Part shown: in pieces, positions 30,847 to 40,323 of the stretch | Numbering within the stretch: the stretch's first letter is position 1 | Layout: every line of letters starts with the position of its first letter | NCBI GenBank assembly: GCA_049320885.1 | Contig: JBMORA010000043.1 | Coordinates: forward strand, 25,566 to 89,565 | Length of the DNA stretch: 64,000 nt | DNA from: Thermodesulfobacteriota bacterium | GTDB lineage: Bacteria; Desulfobacterota; Desulfobacteria; Desulfobacterales; SURF-7 | Reading direction: 5' to 3' | The notes under the pieces: generated by a model | Seen by the model: only the letters and a program-made list of their open reading frames with translations | Told to the model about the DNA's origin: nothing | Databases searched by the model: none | Position numbers and translations under genes: made by a program

Positions 30847-31452
30847 CTATGAAATCCGGCAATAGGCGTTGACGATATCCCGGCGGGTCACGATCCCGGA
30901 CAGTCTGCCGTCCGGCCCCAGGATGGGCAGCCGGTTGATGTTCCTCGTCGTTAACATCGAGGCGATTTCCGCGACGGTGGTGGTTTCGTTCGCGGTCACC
31001 GCCGGAGCGGACATGATTTCCTTCACGGTCTGCTTCCGGATGGGCAGGGCCAGACAGCCCTTGTTGTTCAGACACTGGGCGATGACCGCCAGGAACGAGC
31101 GGCTTTGCCCCGCACCCATCTGCAGCAGGAAATCCTTTTCCGAAATGACGCCGACAACGATTCCGGCCGCATCCGTCACCGGCGCTCCCGAAATTCCCTT
31201 GACGGCCAGCAGCTCGGCGGCATGGGCCAGACTCATTTCCGGGGTCGCCGTCGTCACCGGTATGACCATCACCTCCCGGGCGATGACGGACTCCCGGAGC
31301 CGGATGATGGCGCGTTCATAGGCCAGCCGGTACACTTCCCGGAAATCGGCTGGGGTGATGTCGATATATCCCGGAATGGCCTTCATGGCGGTCACCACGT
31401 CCTCATCCGTCAGCGGGACCGGACACTCATCCAGAGGTTGATTTTTGCTCAC
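30847..31452 (-). CDS. CBS domain pair protein
   Basis: PGYIDIT N-terminus, ISGAPV..GVISEKD, NRLPI..GIVTRRD; GTG start 31452. Confidence 0.9.
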   Translation of the reverse strand: MSKNQPLDECPVPLTDEDVVTAMKAIPGYIDITPADFREVYRLAYERAIIRLRESVIAREVMVIPVTTATPEMSLAHAAELLAVKGISGAPVTDAAGIVVGVISEKDFLLQMGAGQSRSFLAVIAQCLNNKGCLALPIRKQTVKEIMSAPAVTANETTTVAEIASMLTTRNINRLPILGPDGRLSGIVTRRDIVNAYCRIS

Positions 31453-31590
31453 TGCCGCCTCGCTGTAAAAGATGGTCGGTATGCCTGCGTTTCCGGAAGG
31501 CAAGGAAACACCCGTCCGTCGATCCGGACGGTTTTCGAAACCGGCGTTATGCCTGGAAAGGATTGTTACGAATTCCTGTACGAAAAATCC

Positions 31591-31604
31591 TTGACCTATG
31601 TCAA
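31591..31604. promoter_or_regulatory. TTGAC-N4-GTCAA palindrome
   Basis: TTGACCTATGTCAA upstream of the CBS-HPP-metY-GATase operon. Confidence 0.7.
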
Positions 31605-31653
31605 GAAAATGAAATTTTGACGGACAAAGGCAATGTGGAAGGAGCTTTGGCGG

Positions 31654-32097
31654 TTATTCGGCCGGAGGGCCTCCGGATTCGGGATGCATCTGGTTGAGGA
31701 GGGCCAGCATCTGGGGCCCGGACAGATACCCCGGTATCGCCCCCGAACGGCTGCCGTCCGATTTGATAATGATGGTGGTGGGCAGGCCGCGGACCAGGTA
31801 TTGCCTGGCCAACTCCTTTTCCCGGTCGGTGTTCACTTTAATGGCGATGAAATTTCTGCTCAGGTATCCAACCACCGCCTGATCCCGGAATGTCTCATTG
31901 CCCATTTTCACGCAGAATCGGCACCAGTCGGCATAAAAATGCAGCAAAACCGGTCGGCCCTCCGTTTCCGCGGTTTTCATTCCGGAAGAAAACGATTGCC
32001 AGCGGATATCATCGGCGGCGGGGCATACACCCGGCAGAATCAACCCTATAGACAGGAGAAGCAGCCAAAACGGGCGGATTCGAAGATTCTTTTTCAT
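31654..32097 (-). CDS. Exported thioredoxin-like protein
   Basis: Signal peptide, FYADWCRFC, VRGLPT. Confidence 0.9.
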   Translation of the reverse strand: MKKNLRIRPFWLLLLSIGLILPGVCPAADDIRWQSFSSGMKTAETEGRPVLLHFYADWCRFCVKMGNETFRDQAVVGYLSRNFIAIKVNTDREKELARQYLVRGLPTTIIIKSDGSRSGAIPGYLSGPQMLALLNQMHPESGGPPAE

Positions 32098-32148
32098 TAT
32101 GAATATTCCTCGGCTGTTGTTTTCATGCCGTAAACAGATGGCATTTGG

Positions 32149-32538
32149 TCATGAAAGCTCCGGCAGTTGCCAGATAGCGGTTGCCTGGTTGGCCAACCAT
32201 TGTTGGCGGGAGGCTATACGTTCCGGTGTCCATTCGAAATGATCGCCGGCCAGATTCCGAAGAACGGCCAGAACAATCAGGCTTAAAGTCGTCATGCGTT
32301 GCTGCCCATCGATGATATCGAAATTGCGTTCATCACCCGACTGCAGAACGAGATACCCCATATAGTGCCCCTGCTCTCCGCCGGGTTCCAGCATGGCGAC
32401 GATGTCTTGCCAGAGATCGTCCCATTCCTGTTCGGTCCAGGAATAATCCCTCTGGAACATCGGTACACGGTAGACCAGGCCATTCCCCATCAGTTTTCGA
32501 AAAGTCTGGTTCGAGGTATTGAAATTCGTTACCGCCAT
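32149..32538 (-). pseudogene. GmrSD-type (DUF262) gene with large in-frame internal deletion
   Basis: VPMFQRDYSW and IIDGQQR, then jumps to an EWTPERIASRQQWLA..IW tail typical of DUF1524 C-termini; only 129 aa. Confidence 0.75.
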
Positions 32539-32721
32539 ATTCTCCTCTGATGCCGCTTTGGCCAGAATTGACTTAGATCATTTTTTCCAAGTCCGACTTA
32601 CTATAGCATTAAATTTATCAATAGTCGATGCTTACGAAAACTCCTTTGGATTTGGTTCGTTTCCAGGGAGACAACGGATCGGTGTGCGAAGATGCAATCA
32701 AATCAAGGAAAGTCGAAACGG

Positions 32722-33735
32722 ATGAAAACAGGGGAAGTTTCGGTGCGAAAATTTGTTCAAGCCGCATTTTTTCTGCTGACCGTCGGGATCGGCCTACAAT
32801 TCTGGATTCATGTAATCCAGGCCCAACAATCAGGCCCCATAACAGTGCCCCGACCGCCGGGGGTGGAGGGCTTTCTGCCCATCGGCGCCCTGATGGGCTG
32901 GAAACGCTTTTTGCTCACCGGTCAATGGGACCCGGTGCATCCCGCCGCCATGGTGATTTTCGGATACGCGGTCCTTTCCTCGGTTTTGCTGAGAAAAGCC
33001 TTTTGCAGCTGGATCTGTCCGGTGGGCGCCTTTTCCGAGTGGTTGTGGGGCCTGGGCGACAGGTTGGGGCTCAGGCCGCGCACCCCGCCGAAACTGGTGG
33101 ACGGCGCCCTGCAACTCCTGAAATATCTGCTGCTGCTGTTTTTCGTCTGGGCCGTCTCCCGCATGGACGCCGGCCAAATCGCCGGATTCATGGAAAGCCC
33201 GTATTACAAGCTCTCCGACGTCAAGATGCTCTTTTTCTTCACCCGCATGACGCTGTTCACCGCCGCAGTGCTGGCGGTTCTGACCCTGGTGTCCCTGCGG
33301 TATAAAAATGTCTGGTGCCGCTATCTGTGTCCCTACGGCGCCCTGCTCGGGCTCTTTTCCTGGCAAAGCCCCACCCGGATCACCCGGGATGAAAACCATT
33401 GCACCGGCTGCGGACGTTGTGAGAAAGCTTGTCCGGCGGCCTTGCCCGTCGCCGCAAAGGAACGGATCACGAGTCCGGAATGCACCGGTTGCATGGATTG
33501 CACGGCGGCCTGCCCGGTAACCGGGGCACTGGAGCTGAAGAGCGCCGGGTTTGAAAAACGCCCCTGGAACCACCGGCAGCTCGGCGCCGTGATGGCGGTC
33601 GCTTTCATTACGCTGGTGTATCTCGCCACTATTGCCGGCCATTGGCGCGGCGGTATTTCCGAACACGAGTTCCGCATGCGCCTCGTGACCATCGATGCGC
33701 CCGAAAACACGCATCCAAGCGTCGATTTCAAATAA
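32722..33735 (+). CDS. Membrane 4Fe-4S protein (NapH/MauN/YccM-like)
   Basis: FCSWICPVG, WCRYLCPYG, two CxxCxxCxxxCP, several TM helices. Confidence 0.9.
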   Translation: MKTGEVSVRKFVQAAFFLLTVGIGLQFWIHVIQAQQSGPITVPRPPGVEGFLPIGALMGWKRFLLTGQWDPVHPAAMVIFGYAVLSSVLLRKAFCSWICPVGAFSEWLWGLGDRLGLRPRTPPKLVDGALQLLKYLLLLFFVWAVSRMDAGQIAGFMESPYYKLSDVKMLFFFTRMTLFTAAVLAVLTLVSLRYKNVWCRYLCPYGALLGLFSWQSPTRITRDENHCTGCGRCEKACPAALPVAAKERITSPECTGCMDCTAACPVTGALELKSAGFEKRPWNHRQLGAVMAVAFITLVYLATIAGHWRGGISEHEFRMRLVTIDAPENTHPSVDFK

Positions 33736-33738
33736 CCC

Positions 33739-36012
33739 ATGTACACGGAGGCTGTCATGGCGCCGTCCCCGCTCAATTGTTGGGAATACAAGCGCTGCCG
33801 GAGGGAGCCCGGAGGCGACCTGGCCGCAACGGCAGGCGTCTGCCCGGCCGCCGCCGATGGTTCCTTCGACGGGCTCAATCGGGGTAAAAACGCGGGCCGG
33901 ATATGCTGGGCGGTGAGCGGAACCGTCTGCGATCAACGAACCGACGGCGATTTCCGGCAAAAGCGGGAAGCCTGCGGGAACTGCACCTTTTTTCAACGGG
34001 TGCAGGCGGAAGAAGCGGCGCGGAATCTGGTGACCAAGTTCATGCGTTTCGTGCCCCTGAACGGGAACGGGCCGCCCGCCGTCCAGATGGACATCATCCG
34101 GGTGAACCAGGGGCAGCGGTTCATCGAGCAGGGCGCGAAAGCCGACTGCGCCTTTCTGATCCGCCGGGGCAGCTGCATCCTGGTCATCGAGAAAAACAAG
34201 GAGTGGATTCCGGTGTCCCATCGCAGCGAAGGCGACTTCGTGGACATGATGGCGCTGCTCACCGGGGAGCCCCACGGCGTGACGGCCGAAGCCGAATCCG
34301 ACATGGAGTTGATGATCGTCACGCGGGATCATCTGGGCATGCTCGCCAAGGAGGACCCGGATCTGATGACCCACCTGACGGAGATCGTGGCCGAGCGCTT
34401 CGATTCCGGACGGCCCATGGCCCAGCGCGCCATCGGCAACCACATCGCCACGGAAATCATCGGCCGGGGGGGATACAGCATCGTCTACAAAGGCCAAAAC
34501 ACCGTCACCCGGGCTCCGGTGGTCATCAAAATGCTGCGGCATCATCTGGCCATGGAGCCTGAATTTCTGACGGCCTTCCGGAGGGAAGCCGAAATCATCG
34601 CCGGGTTGAATCACCCCCATATCGTCCAGGTGTATGATATCGAGGAGCGGTTTCAGACGGTTTTCATCGTCATGGAATTCCTGGCAGGCGAGTCGTTGAA
34701 GCAAACATGCAGCCGTCCGGGCGGGCTTTCTTATGTCGAGGTCGAGGAGATTCTCATCCAGATCGCCGAAGGATTGCGGTACGCCCATGAAACCGGGATC
34801 ATTCACCGGGATATCAATCCAGCCAACATCCATATTCTTCCCGGAAACGTCGTCAAAATTCTCGATTTCGGTCTGGCCTGCCCCATCGGTACGGAAAACA
34901 CCGACACCCTGGGCACCCTGCAGTATTCGGCCCCGGAACAAATCGACGGGGATATCGCCGATGAACGGACGGACCTGTACGCCCTCGGGTTGACCGCCTA
35001 TGAGATGGTCACCGGCCGGCCGCCGTTTGCGGAAATGGAGATCACCGAGCAGGTCAAACGCCGGTTACGGGAGGAGATTCCGGATCCGGCCCTGGTCCGC
35101 CCCGACATACCGGAGCACCTGCGCGCAGCGATCCTCAAGGCCTGCCGGCGGGAACCCCGGGAACGGTATGCCTTCGCCGGAGATCTCCTGGCAGCTCTGA
35201 GGACCGGTAACAGGAAACAGATGCAACGATCCGAAAAGAAGACATGGAACCGCCGAACAACCGCAGGAAAACCGTCCCGGATGGACGTTTGTCGGAAAAC
35301 CGCCAGGGCCCATGGGGAATCGTTGCAGGGCAAAGGCCGCCGCCGCAACGACGATTGCCACATCATCCGTCCCCTTCCGGGCGACAGCGTTCTCCTGGCC
35401 GTCGCCGACGGCATGGGCGGAGAAAACGGCGGCTTCCTCGCCGCCGGAATGGTTTGCCGCCGGTTGCGCGAGGCGCCGCTGCTTCCCCCGGATATCAACG
35501 GGAGCCTCCTTGGCGCACTGCTGACGAAGGCGGACAAGGAGATTGCCCGGTTCGCCCGCGCCAATCCCGAATACCAGGATATGGGCACCACGGCCACGGT
35601 GGTGGTTGCGGCAACGGGAACGGCATTCTGGGCCCATGCGGGTGACAGCCGCCTGTGTCTCTTCCGGAACGGACAACTCATCCAGATCACCCGGGATCAA
35701 AACATGGCTCAATTCCTGGTGGAAGAAGGCCGGATTGCATCCCGGGAAGCGGGGCGCCACCCGGCCGCACATTTGCTGGAGCAGTGTCTGGGTCAGGGGG
35801 ATTGCCGGCCGGATGGCGGCGAATTCAAGACGGCGGCCGGGGATTATCTGTTGCTGTCCACGGACGGCCTGCACGACACCCTTTCCGAGCGACAAATCCG
35901 CTCCATCCTGTTGTCCACGGCCGCCTGGCAAGATATCCCCGCGGCCTTGACCCGCCGGGCCCGCGCCGCCGGAGCAACCGATGACATCAGCGCGGTGATA
36001 CTGCGGATATGA
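33739..36012 (+). CDS. Fusion: two-CW Cys-rich domain + cNMP-binding + Ser/Thr kinase + PP2C phosphatase
   Basis: NCWEYKRC..GRICWAVSGT; FIEQG..GDFV..A; GRGGYS, HRDINPAN, DFG, APE; VADGMGG, GDSR, TDGL, DDIS. Confidence 0.9.
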   Translation: MYTEAVMAPSPLNCWEYKRCRREPGGDLAATAGVCPAAADGSFDGLNRGKNAGRICWAVSGTVCDQRTDGDFRQKREACGNCTFFQRVQAEEAARNLVTKFMRFVPLNGNGPPAVQMDIIRVNQGQRFIEQGAKADCAFLIRRGSCILVIEKNKEWIPVSHRSEGDFVDMMALLTGEPHGVTAEAESDMELMIVTRDHLGMLAKEDPDLMTHLTEIVAERFDSGRPMAQRAIGNHIATEIIGRGGYSIVYKGQNTVTRAPVVIKMLRHHLAMEPEFLTAFRREAEIIAGLNHPHIVQVYDIEERFQTVFIVMEFLAGESLKQTCSRPGGLSYVEVEEILIQIAEGLRYAHETGIIHRDINPANIHILPGNVVKILDFGLACPIGTENTDTLGTLQYSAPEQIDGDIADERTDLYALGLTAYEMVTGRPPFAEMEITEQVKRRLREEIPDPALVRPDIPEHLRAAILKACRREPRERYAFAGDLLAALRTGNRKQMQRSEKKTWNRRTTAGKPSRMDVCRKTARAHGESLQGKGRRRNDDCHIIRPLPGDSVLLAVADGMGGENGGFLAAGMVCRRLREAPLLPPDINGSLLGALLTKADKEIARFARANPEYQDMGTTATVVVAATGTAFWAHAGDSRLCLFRNGQLIQITRDQNMAQFLVEEGRIASREAGRHPAAHLLEQCLGQGDCRPDGGEFKTAAGDYLLLSTDGLHDTLSERQIRSILLSTAAWQDIPAALTRRARAAGATDDISAVILRI

Positions 36013-36051
36013 CGGTTGGGCGGTGACCGGAAGCCCGGCTAGGGTTCCGCG

Positions 36052-36606
36052 TCAGACGGATTGCCGCATGTCATGGATAAGAGTACGAAATTGTTCGTCA
36101 ATAATATCTTGTCCGGTTCCTTCGGTCTCTGCCTGGAACAGGGAAAGCAGGTGCTCATTTTCCCCGGGGGTCAGGACCTTTTCAGCTGCCGGAAAAAACA
36201 GATGATCCTCCGTATGAATATGGCGTTTCAACAAAGAGATATAGGTGGCAAGAGCTTCCAGGATGGTGGTGGCCGCCAGCCCCTCACCCCGGGAATACAG
36301 CGGCAGGGCGTTCTCGATTTCGGCGGCGCACCGCCGACACCGCTCATGCTGATACCTCAGGGCGCTGATTTCGGCCTGAAACTCCCCCCGGTGTTTCCGG
36401 GCCAGCAACCCGAACAACAGGAATTCTTCCTTGTAATGATGATGCTTGTCCGCAAACCGGCGCATGCCTTCCAGGGCTTTCTGAAAAAATACCGCTTCCG
36501 GAGAAGCGCCTGCTTCCATTTTCTCCCGGGCGTCGATCAAGACATCCGTCATCTGGAGAATCAACCGGTGTTCCTGTTTCAGCAGCCGGGTGACGTTCAT
36601 ATACAC
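36052..36606 (-). CDS. Hemerythrin (HHE) domain protein
   Basis: LKQEH, HHYKEE, QHE, HIHTED. Confidence 0.9.
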   Translation of the reverse strand: MYMNVTRLLKQEHRLILQMTDVLIDAREKMEAGASPEAVFFQKALEGMRRFADKHHHYKEEFLLFGLLARKHRGEFQAEISALRYQHERCRRCAAEIENALPLYSRGEGLAATTILEALATYISLLKRHIHTEDHLFFPAAEKVLTPGENEHLLSLFQAETEGTGQDIIDEQFRTLIHDMRQSV

Positions 36607-36752
36607 TCCTCAATGGATATATACCAATGGGTTCAACCGCCGGAAGGCGATCGGCCGGAGGAGAAGAGCCGGCTTGTTTTCCATTTCAGCATGGTTACTT
36701 TCCTAAGTATCCATTCCAAAGCAACACGATAATCCTGTTGAAAGGAGCGCCG

Positions 36753-37304
36753 ATGGTCCATATAAGAAACCGACAAGTCCTGTTCTGCCTGTCCGCGGCA
36801 TTGGTGATCTTCCTGATCGACCTGATGATCCCGCTGGGCGTTGCCGGCGGTGTCCCCTACATCGTCGTGATCCTCATCGCCGCCCGGTATCCGGATAACC
36901 GGTTTGTGATATCCATGGCGAGTCTGACCAGCCTGCTGACGATCCTGGGCTATTTCTGGTCACCCCCGGGCGGCGAAGCCTGGAAAGTATACGCCAACAG
37001 AAGCCTGGCAGTATTCGCTGTCTGGACCACGGCCGTGTTGAGCCTGCAAAAGAAAACCGAAGAAAAGGCCAAGGAACGCGCCGTCGCCGAACGGGAAAAA
37101 GCCCTGAACGAAATCAAAATTCTCAAGGGCATGCTGCCCATATGCGCCTCCTGCAAGAAGATCCGCGACGATCAGGGAAATTGGCATGCCCTGGAAAGCT
37201 ACATCCATCAGAACTCCGAAGCCATGTTCAGCCACGGCGTCTGCCCGGACTGCATCAGAACCCTTTATCCAGGCCTGGCCAAGAAACTGAACCTGCCGGA
37301 GTGA
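36753..37304 (+). CDS. Membrane protein with C-terminal Cys-rich Zn-ribbon-like domain
   Basis: AAGGAG RBS; IDLMIPLGVAGGVPY TM region; LPICASCKKIRDD...FSHGVCPDC. Confidence 0.85.
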   Translation: MVHIRNRQVLFCLSAALVIFLIDLMIPLGVAGGVPYIVVILIAARYPDNRFVISMASLTSLLTILGYFWSPPGGEAWKVYANRSLAVFAVWTTAVLSLQKKTEEKAKERAVAEREKALNEIKILKGMLPICASCKKIRDDQGNWHALESYIHQNSEAMFSHGVCPDCIRTLYPGLAKKLNLPE

Positions 37305-37326
37305 ACGTAGCGGCTTGATTCGCCGA

Positions 37327-38190
37327 TCAGGCGATTCCCCGCGACCGGAGCAGCGGCATGGGATCGATCAGATGCCGCTTGAACCATTGGCCGCGGACGG
37401 GAATGCCGTAAGCCACAGCCAGCAGTTCCGAAAAATGAAACACCGGCCGTTTGTCCGGGATGCGGCAACGGATCTCCAGGTTCAGATGGCACATGGCGCA
37501 GGCGGTCACCAGGCATTCGGCATCCGCTGCCACGGCGTCCTGCATGATCCGGTCCACCAGGGAGGCTGCCACTTCCGGCCGGGCCGCGGATAAAAACGTG
37601 CCGCAACATTTGGTGGCATGGTTCCAGGAGGTCGGTTCCGCGCCGAACCGTGTCAACACTTTTTCCATCAAGCCGAAATGGGCGTTTTTCAGCGCCGGCG
37701 TCGTGCGCAGGATCGGCGGCCGGGACAACATGCAGCCGTAATAGGGCGCGAACCGGAGCCCGTTCAAGGATTGCCGGATCTCCGGCTGAAACCGCCGCTT
37801 GTCCGCAAGGATTTCGAAAAAGCTCACAATGTCGAGTCCGTCATCCACCGGACGCTTCCAGCGCCGCTCATAATCCTCCCGGGCGGCCGCATCGGCTTTC
37901 AACTGTTCATGGGCGGTTTTCAACCGCAGATAGCAGCTGGGACAGGCAGCCAGCAGGGGGCGGCCAGCCGGGGCCAGGGACAGATTCCGGCAGGCCAGCT
38001 GGAAGGCGAGGCCGGTGTTGATGCTGTGGGTCGAGGAACTGCCGCAGCAATTCCAGTCCGGCAGTTCCAGCAGGTCCATGCCCATCCGGTCGCAGACGGC
38101 GATCAGGGTCTGGTTGTTCTCCCTGGCCGTGGTGGCCATGGAGCAGCCGGGAAAATAGGAAATGGGCGTGAGATCCGTTTTCGGTTTCAT
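37327..38190 (-). CDS. hdrB: Heterodisulfide reductase subunit B-like
   Basis: YFPGC, DWNCCG, CPSC, PYYGC, KCCG, CAMC. Confidence 0.9.
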   Translation of the reverse strand: MKPKTDLTPISYFPGCSMATTARENNQTLIAVCDRMGMDLLELPDWNCCGSSSTHSINTGLAFQLACRNLSLAPAGRPLLAACPSCYLRLKTAHEQLKADAAAREDYERRWKRPVDDGLDIVSFFEILADKRRFQPEIRQSLNGLRFAPYYGCMLSRPPILRTTPALKNAHFGLMEKVLTRFGAEPTSWNHATKCCGTFLSAARPEVAASLVDRIMQDAVAADAECLVTACAMCHLNLEIRCRIPDKRPVFHFSELLAVAYGIPVRGQWFKRHLIDPMPLLRSRGIA

Positions 38191-38191
38191 C

Positions 38192-38767
38192 TCAATCCCT
38201 TTCCCCGAATTCCCTGAACAGGTTCTGAATGGTTTCCGGCCGCGTGATCTTCGAAGGCAACAGATCGAGCTTCCGTTTGGCCAGCATCTTCAGCCCGATA
38301 TCCATGTCCGAGAACAAATCCCGCTGGCTGAGCTTGTGCCGCATCATGATCTCGAGTTTATGAGTGCGGCCGTATTTTTGAATGGAATGCAGCACCGCCC
38401 GATGAAAACCGAGAATCGCCGGTTCGGCGATGCGGGCTTTTTCCTCGATGGCCGTCTCGCGCAAGGCGTCCATCAGGGCCGGAATATCGATGCCCTGGGG
38501 GCAGGCGATGGAGCACGTGTTGCACCCCATGCACAACCAGATGTCCGGTGCTTCCAGAACCTCTTGTGCAAGACCGTATTGCACCAGCCGGATAATCCCG
38601 TTGGGACGATAGCGCATGGCCTCGGCGACCGGACAGCCGCCGGCGCAGGTCAGGCATTGCAGGCAACGCCCGAAATTCTCACCGCTCTTTGCGATCATCC
38701 GGCGGCAAAACGAATTGCCCGGCTGAATGATTGCATTTTTCGGATTTATGTGCTTTGTAGTTTTCAT
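38192..38767 (-). CDS. hdrC: Heterodisulfide reductase subunit C-like
   Basis: CLQCLTCAGGCP, IWLCMGCNTCSIACP, F...I.KYGR. Confidence 0.9.
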   Translation of the reverse strand: MKTTKHINPKNAIIQPGNSFCRRMIAKSGENFGRCLQCLTCAGGCPVAEAMRYRPNGIIRLVQYGLAQEVLEAPDIWLCMGCNTCSIACPQGIDIPALMDALRETAIEEKARIAEPAILGFHRAVLHSIQKYGRTHKLEIMMRHKLSQRDLFSDMDIGLKMLAKRKLDLLPSKITRPETIQNLFREFGERD

Positions 38768-38802
38768 ACTTGAATAGTATGATATAAAGACGGCGCGAAT
38801 CC

Positions 38803-38852
38803 TTGACCCAGGTCAAAAATAAAAAATATTTCTTTCATTTGACTTACGTCAA
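38803..38852. promoter_or_regulatory. Two TTGAC-N4-GTCAA palindromes in the hdrC/rnfC divergent promoter
   Basis: TTGACCCAGGTCAA 38803-38816 and TTGACTTACGTCAA 38839-38852. Confidence 0.8.
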
Positions 38853-38928
38853 AAACATTCCACCGTTTCCGTTGTACCAATATGCCGGAAAGATAACAAC
38901 CCATATCTCAATGCGGAGATCGAGAGCC

Positions 38929-40299
38929 ATGCTGGCATTCCTGTTTCAAAATCCCATTCCGGGTCCGGGCACCTTCCCCCGCGGCGTCCATCCCCCCACG
39001 CGGAAGACCTTGACCTGCGGCACCGCCGTCGAGGTGCTGCCGACGCCGGACACCATCGTGCTGCCGCTCCAGCAACATATCGGTGCCCCTTGCGAAATGA
39101 TCGTGAAAGCCCGGCAAACGGTGACCTACGGCCAGATGGTGGCCCGCAGCGACGCGCTGATTTCCGCTTCCCTGCACGCGCCGGTTTCCGGTAAAATCGC
39201 GAAACCCGTGGCCGTCACCCTGCCCAACGGCCGGCACATGATGGCCGTCGTCATCCAACCGGAAGGGGAACAGCCCGGCGGCCGGGAACTCCTGGAAGAT
39301 ATGTTTTCCGCCGACTGGCCCACAACCATCGGTGCTGATCCGCCGCCGGACGCCATCAGCCGGATGATCCGGGAAGCGGGTATCGTCGGACTGGGCGGCG
39401 CGGCCTTTCCGACCCACGTCAAGATCGCGCCCAACGAACGCAAACCAGTCAATGCCCTGCTGGTCAACGGCTGCGAGTGCGAACCGTATCTCACCGCCGA
39501 CGACCGGCTGATGCAGGAGTTCCCGGCGCCGATCGTCACCGGGGCCCTGTATGCAGCCCGCTCCATCGGCGCGGAACGGATTTATGTCTGCATCGAATCC
39601 AATAAACCCGCGGCCGTGGAGGCCCTCCGGCGGGCGGCGGCGGGGACCGGCATCATCGTCGCCGTGCTGAAGACCAAATACCCCCAGGGCAGCGAACGGC
39701 ACCTGATCAAGGCGGTTACCGACCGGGTGATCCCCCTGGGCGGCCTGCCGGCCGATGTGGGCGTGGCGGTGAGCAATGTGGGAACCATGGCGGCGGTGGC
39801 CAGGGCAGTGGTGAAAGGCCGGCCCCTCACCCATCGGATCGTCTGCGTCACGGGCCGGGGAATCCGGCATCCCAAAAATCTCCTGGTTCCCGTGGGCGCG
39901 CGGTATCGGGATTTGATCGAGTACTGCGGCGGATTGACCAAGGATGCGGCCCGGCTCGTTTCCGGAGGGCCGATGATGGGGTTTGCCTTCACCGACCAGG
40001 ACATGCCGATCACCAAAGGCACCGGGGGCCTGACCGTTCTGACCCGGGAGGACATCAAGCGCCGGGAAGAAACCGCCTGTATCCGCTGCGGTCGCTGCGT
40101 GGATGTCTGCCCCATGCATCTCGTGCCCGCGAAGCTGGCCCAGGCCGCGAAAAACAAGGATATCGGGCTCGCGGAACAATACAACATCATGGGCTGCATG
40201 GAGTCCGGCTGCTGCGGGTATGTCTGTCCGGCCAACATCCCCCTGGTCCAGTTCATCCGCATGGGCAAGGCCATGGTGATGGCGGAAAAACGAAAATAA
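38929..40299 (+). CDS. rnfC: Rnf complex subunit C
   Basis: GVHPP, QHIGAP, GLGGAAFPTHVK, NGCECEPY, YPQGSE, GGPMMG, two ferredoxin motifs. Confidence 0.96.
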   Translation: MLAFLFQNPIPGPGTFPRGVHPPTRKTLTCGTAVEVLPTPDTIVLPLQQHIGAPCEMIVKARQTVTYGQMVARSDALISASLHAPVSGKIAKPVAVTLPNGRHMMAVVIQPEGEQPGGRELLEDMFSADWPTTIGADPPPDAISRMIREAGIVGLGGAAFPTHVKIAPNERKPVNALLVNGCECEPYLTADDRLMQEFPAPIVTGALYAARSIGAERIYVCIESNKPAAVEALRRAAAGTGIIVAVLKTKYPQGSERHLIKAVTDRVIPLGGLPADVGVAVSNVGTMAAVARAVVKGRPLTHRIVCVTGRGIRHPKNLLVPVGARYRDLIEYCGGLTKDAARLVSGGPMMGFAFTDQDMPITKGTGGLTVLTREDIKRREETACIRCGRCVDVCPMHLVPAKLAQAAKNKDIGLAEQYNIMGCMESGCCGYVCPANIPLVQFIRMGKAMVMAEKRK

Positions 40300-40323
40300 C
40301 CCTTCAACGAAGGAAAGCGCTGA

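Noticed and set aside
32830..34941. Long antisense ORFs (also 38908-40332, 49538-51574, 52335-54761 and others)
   Set aside because: Shadow frames of well-supported genes in GC-rich DNA, with no recognisable motifs
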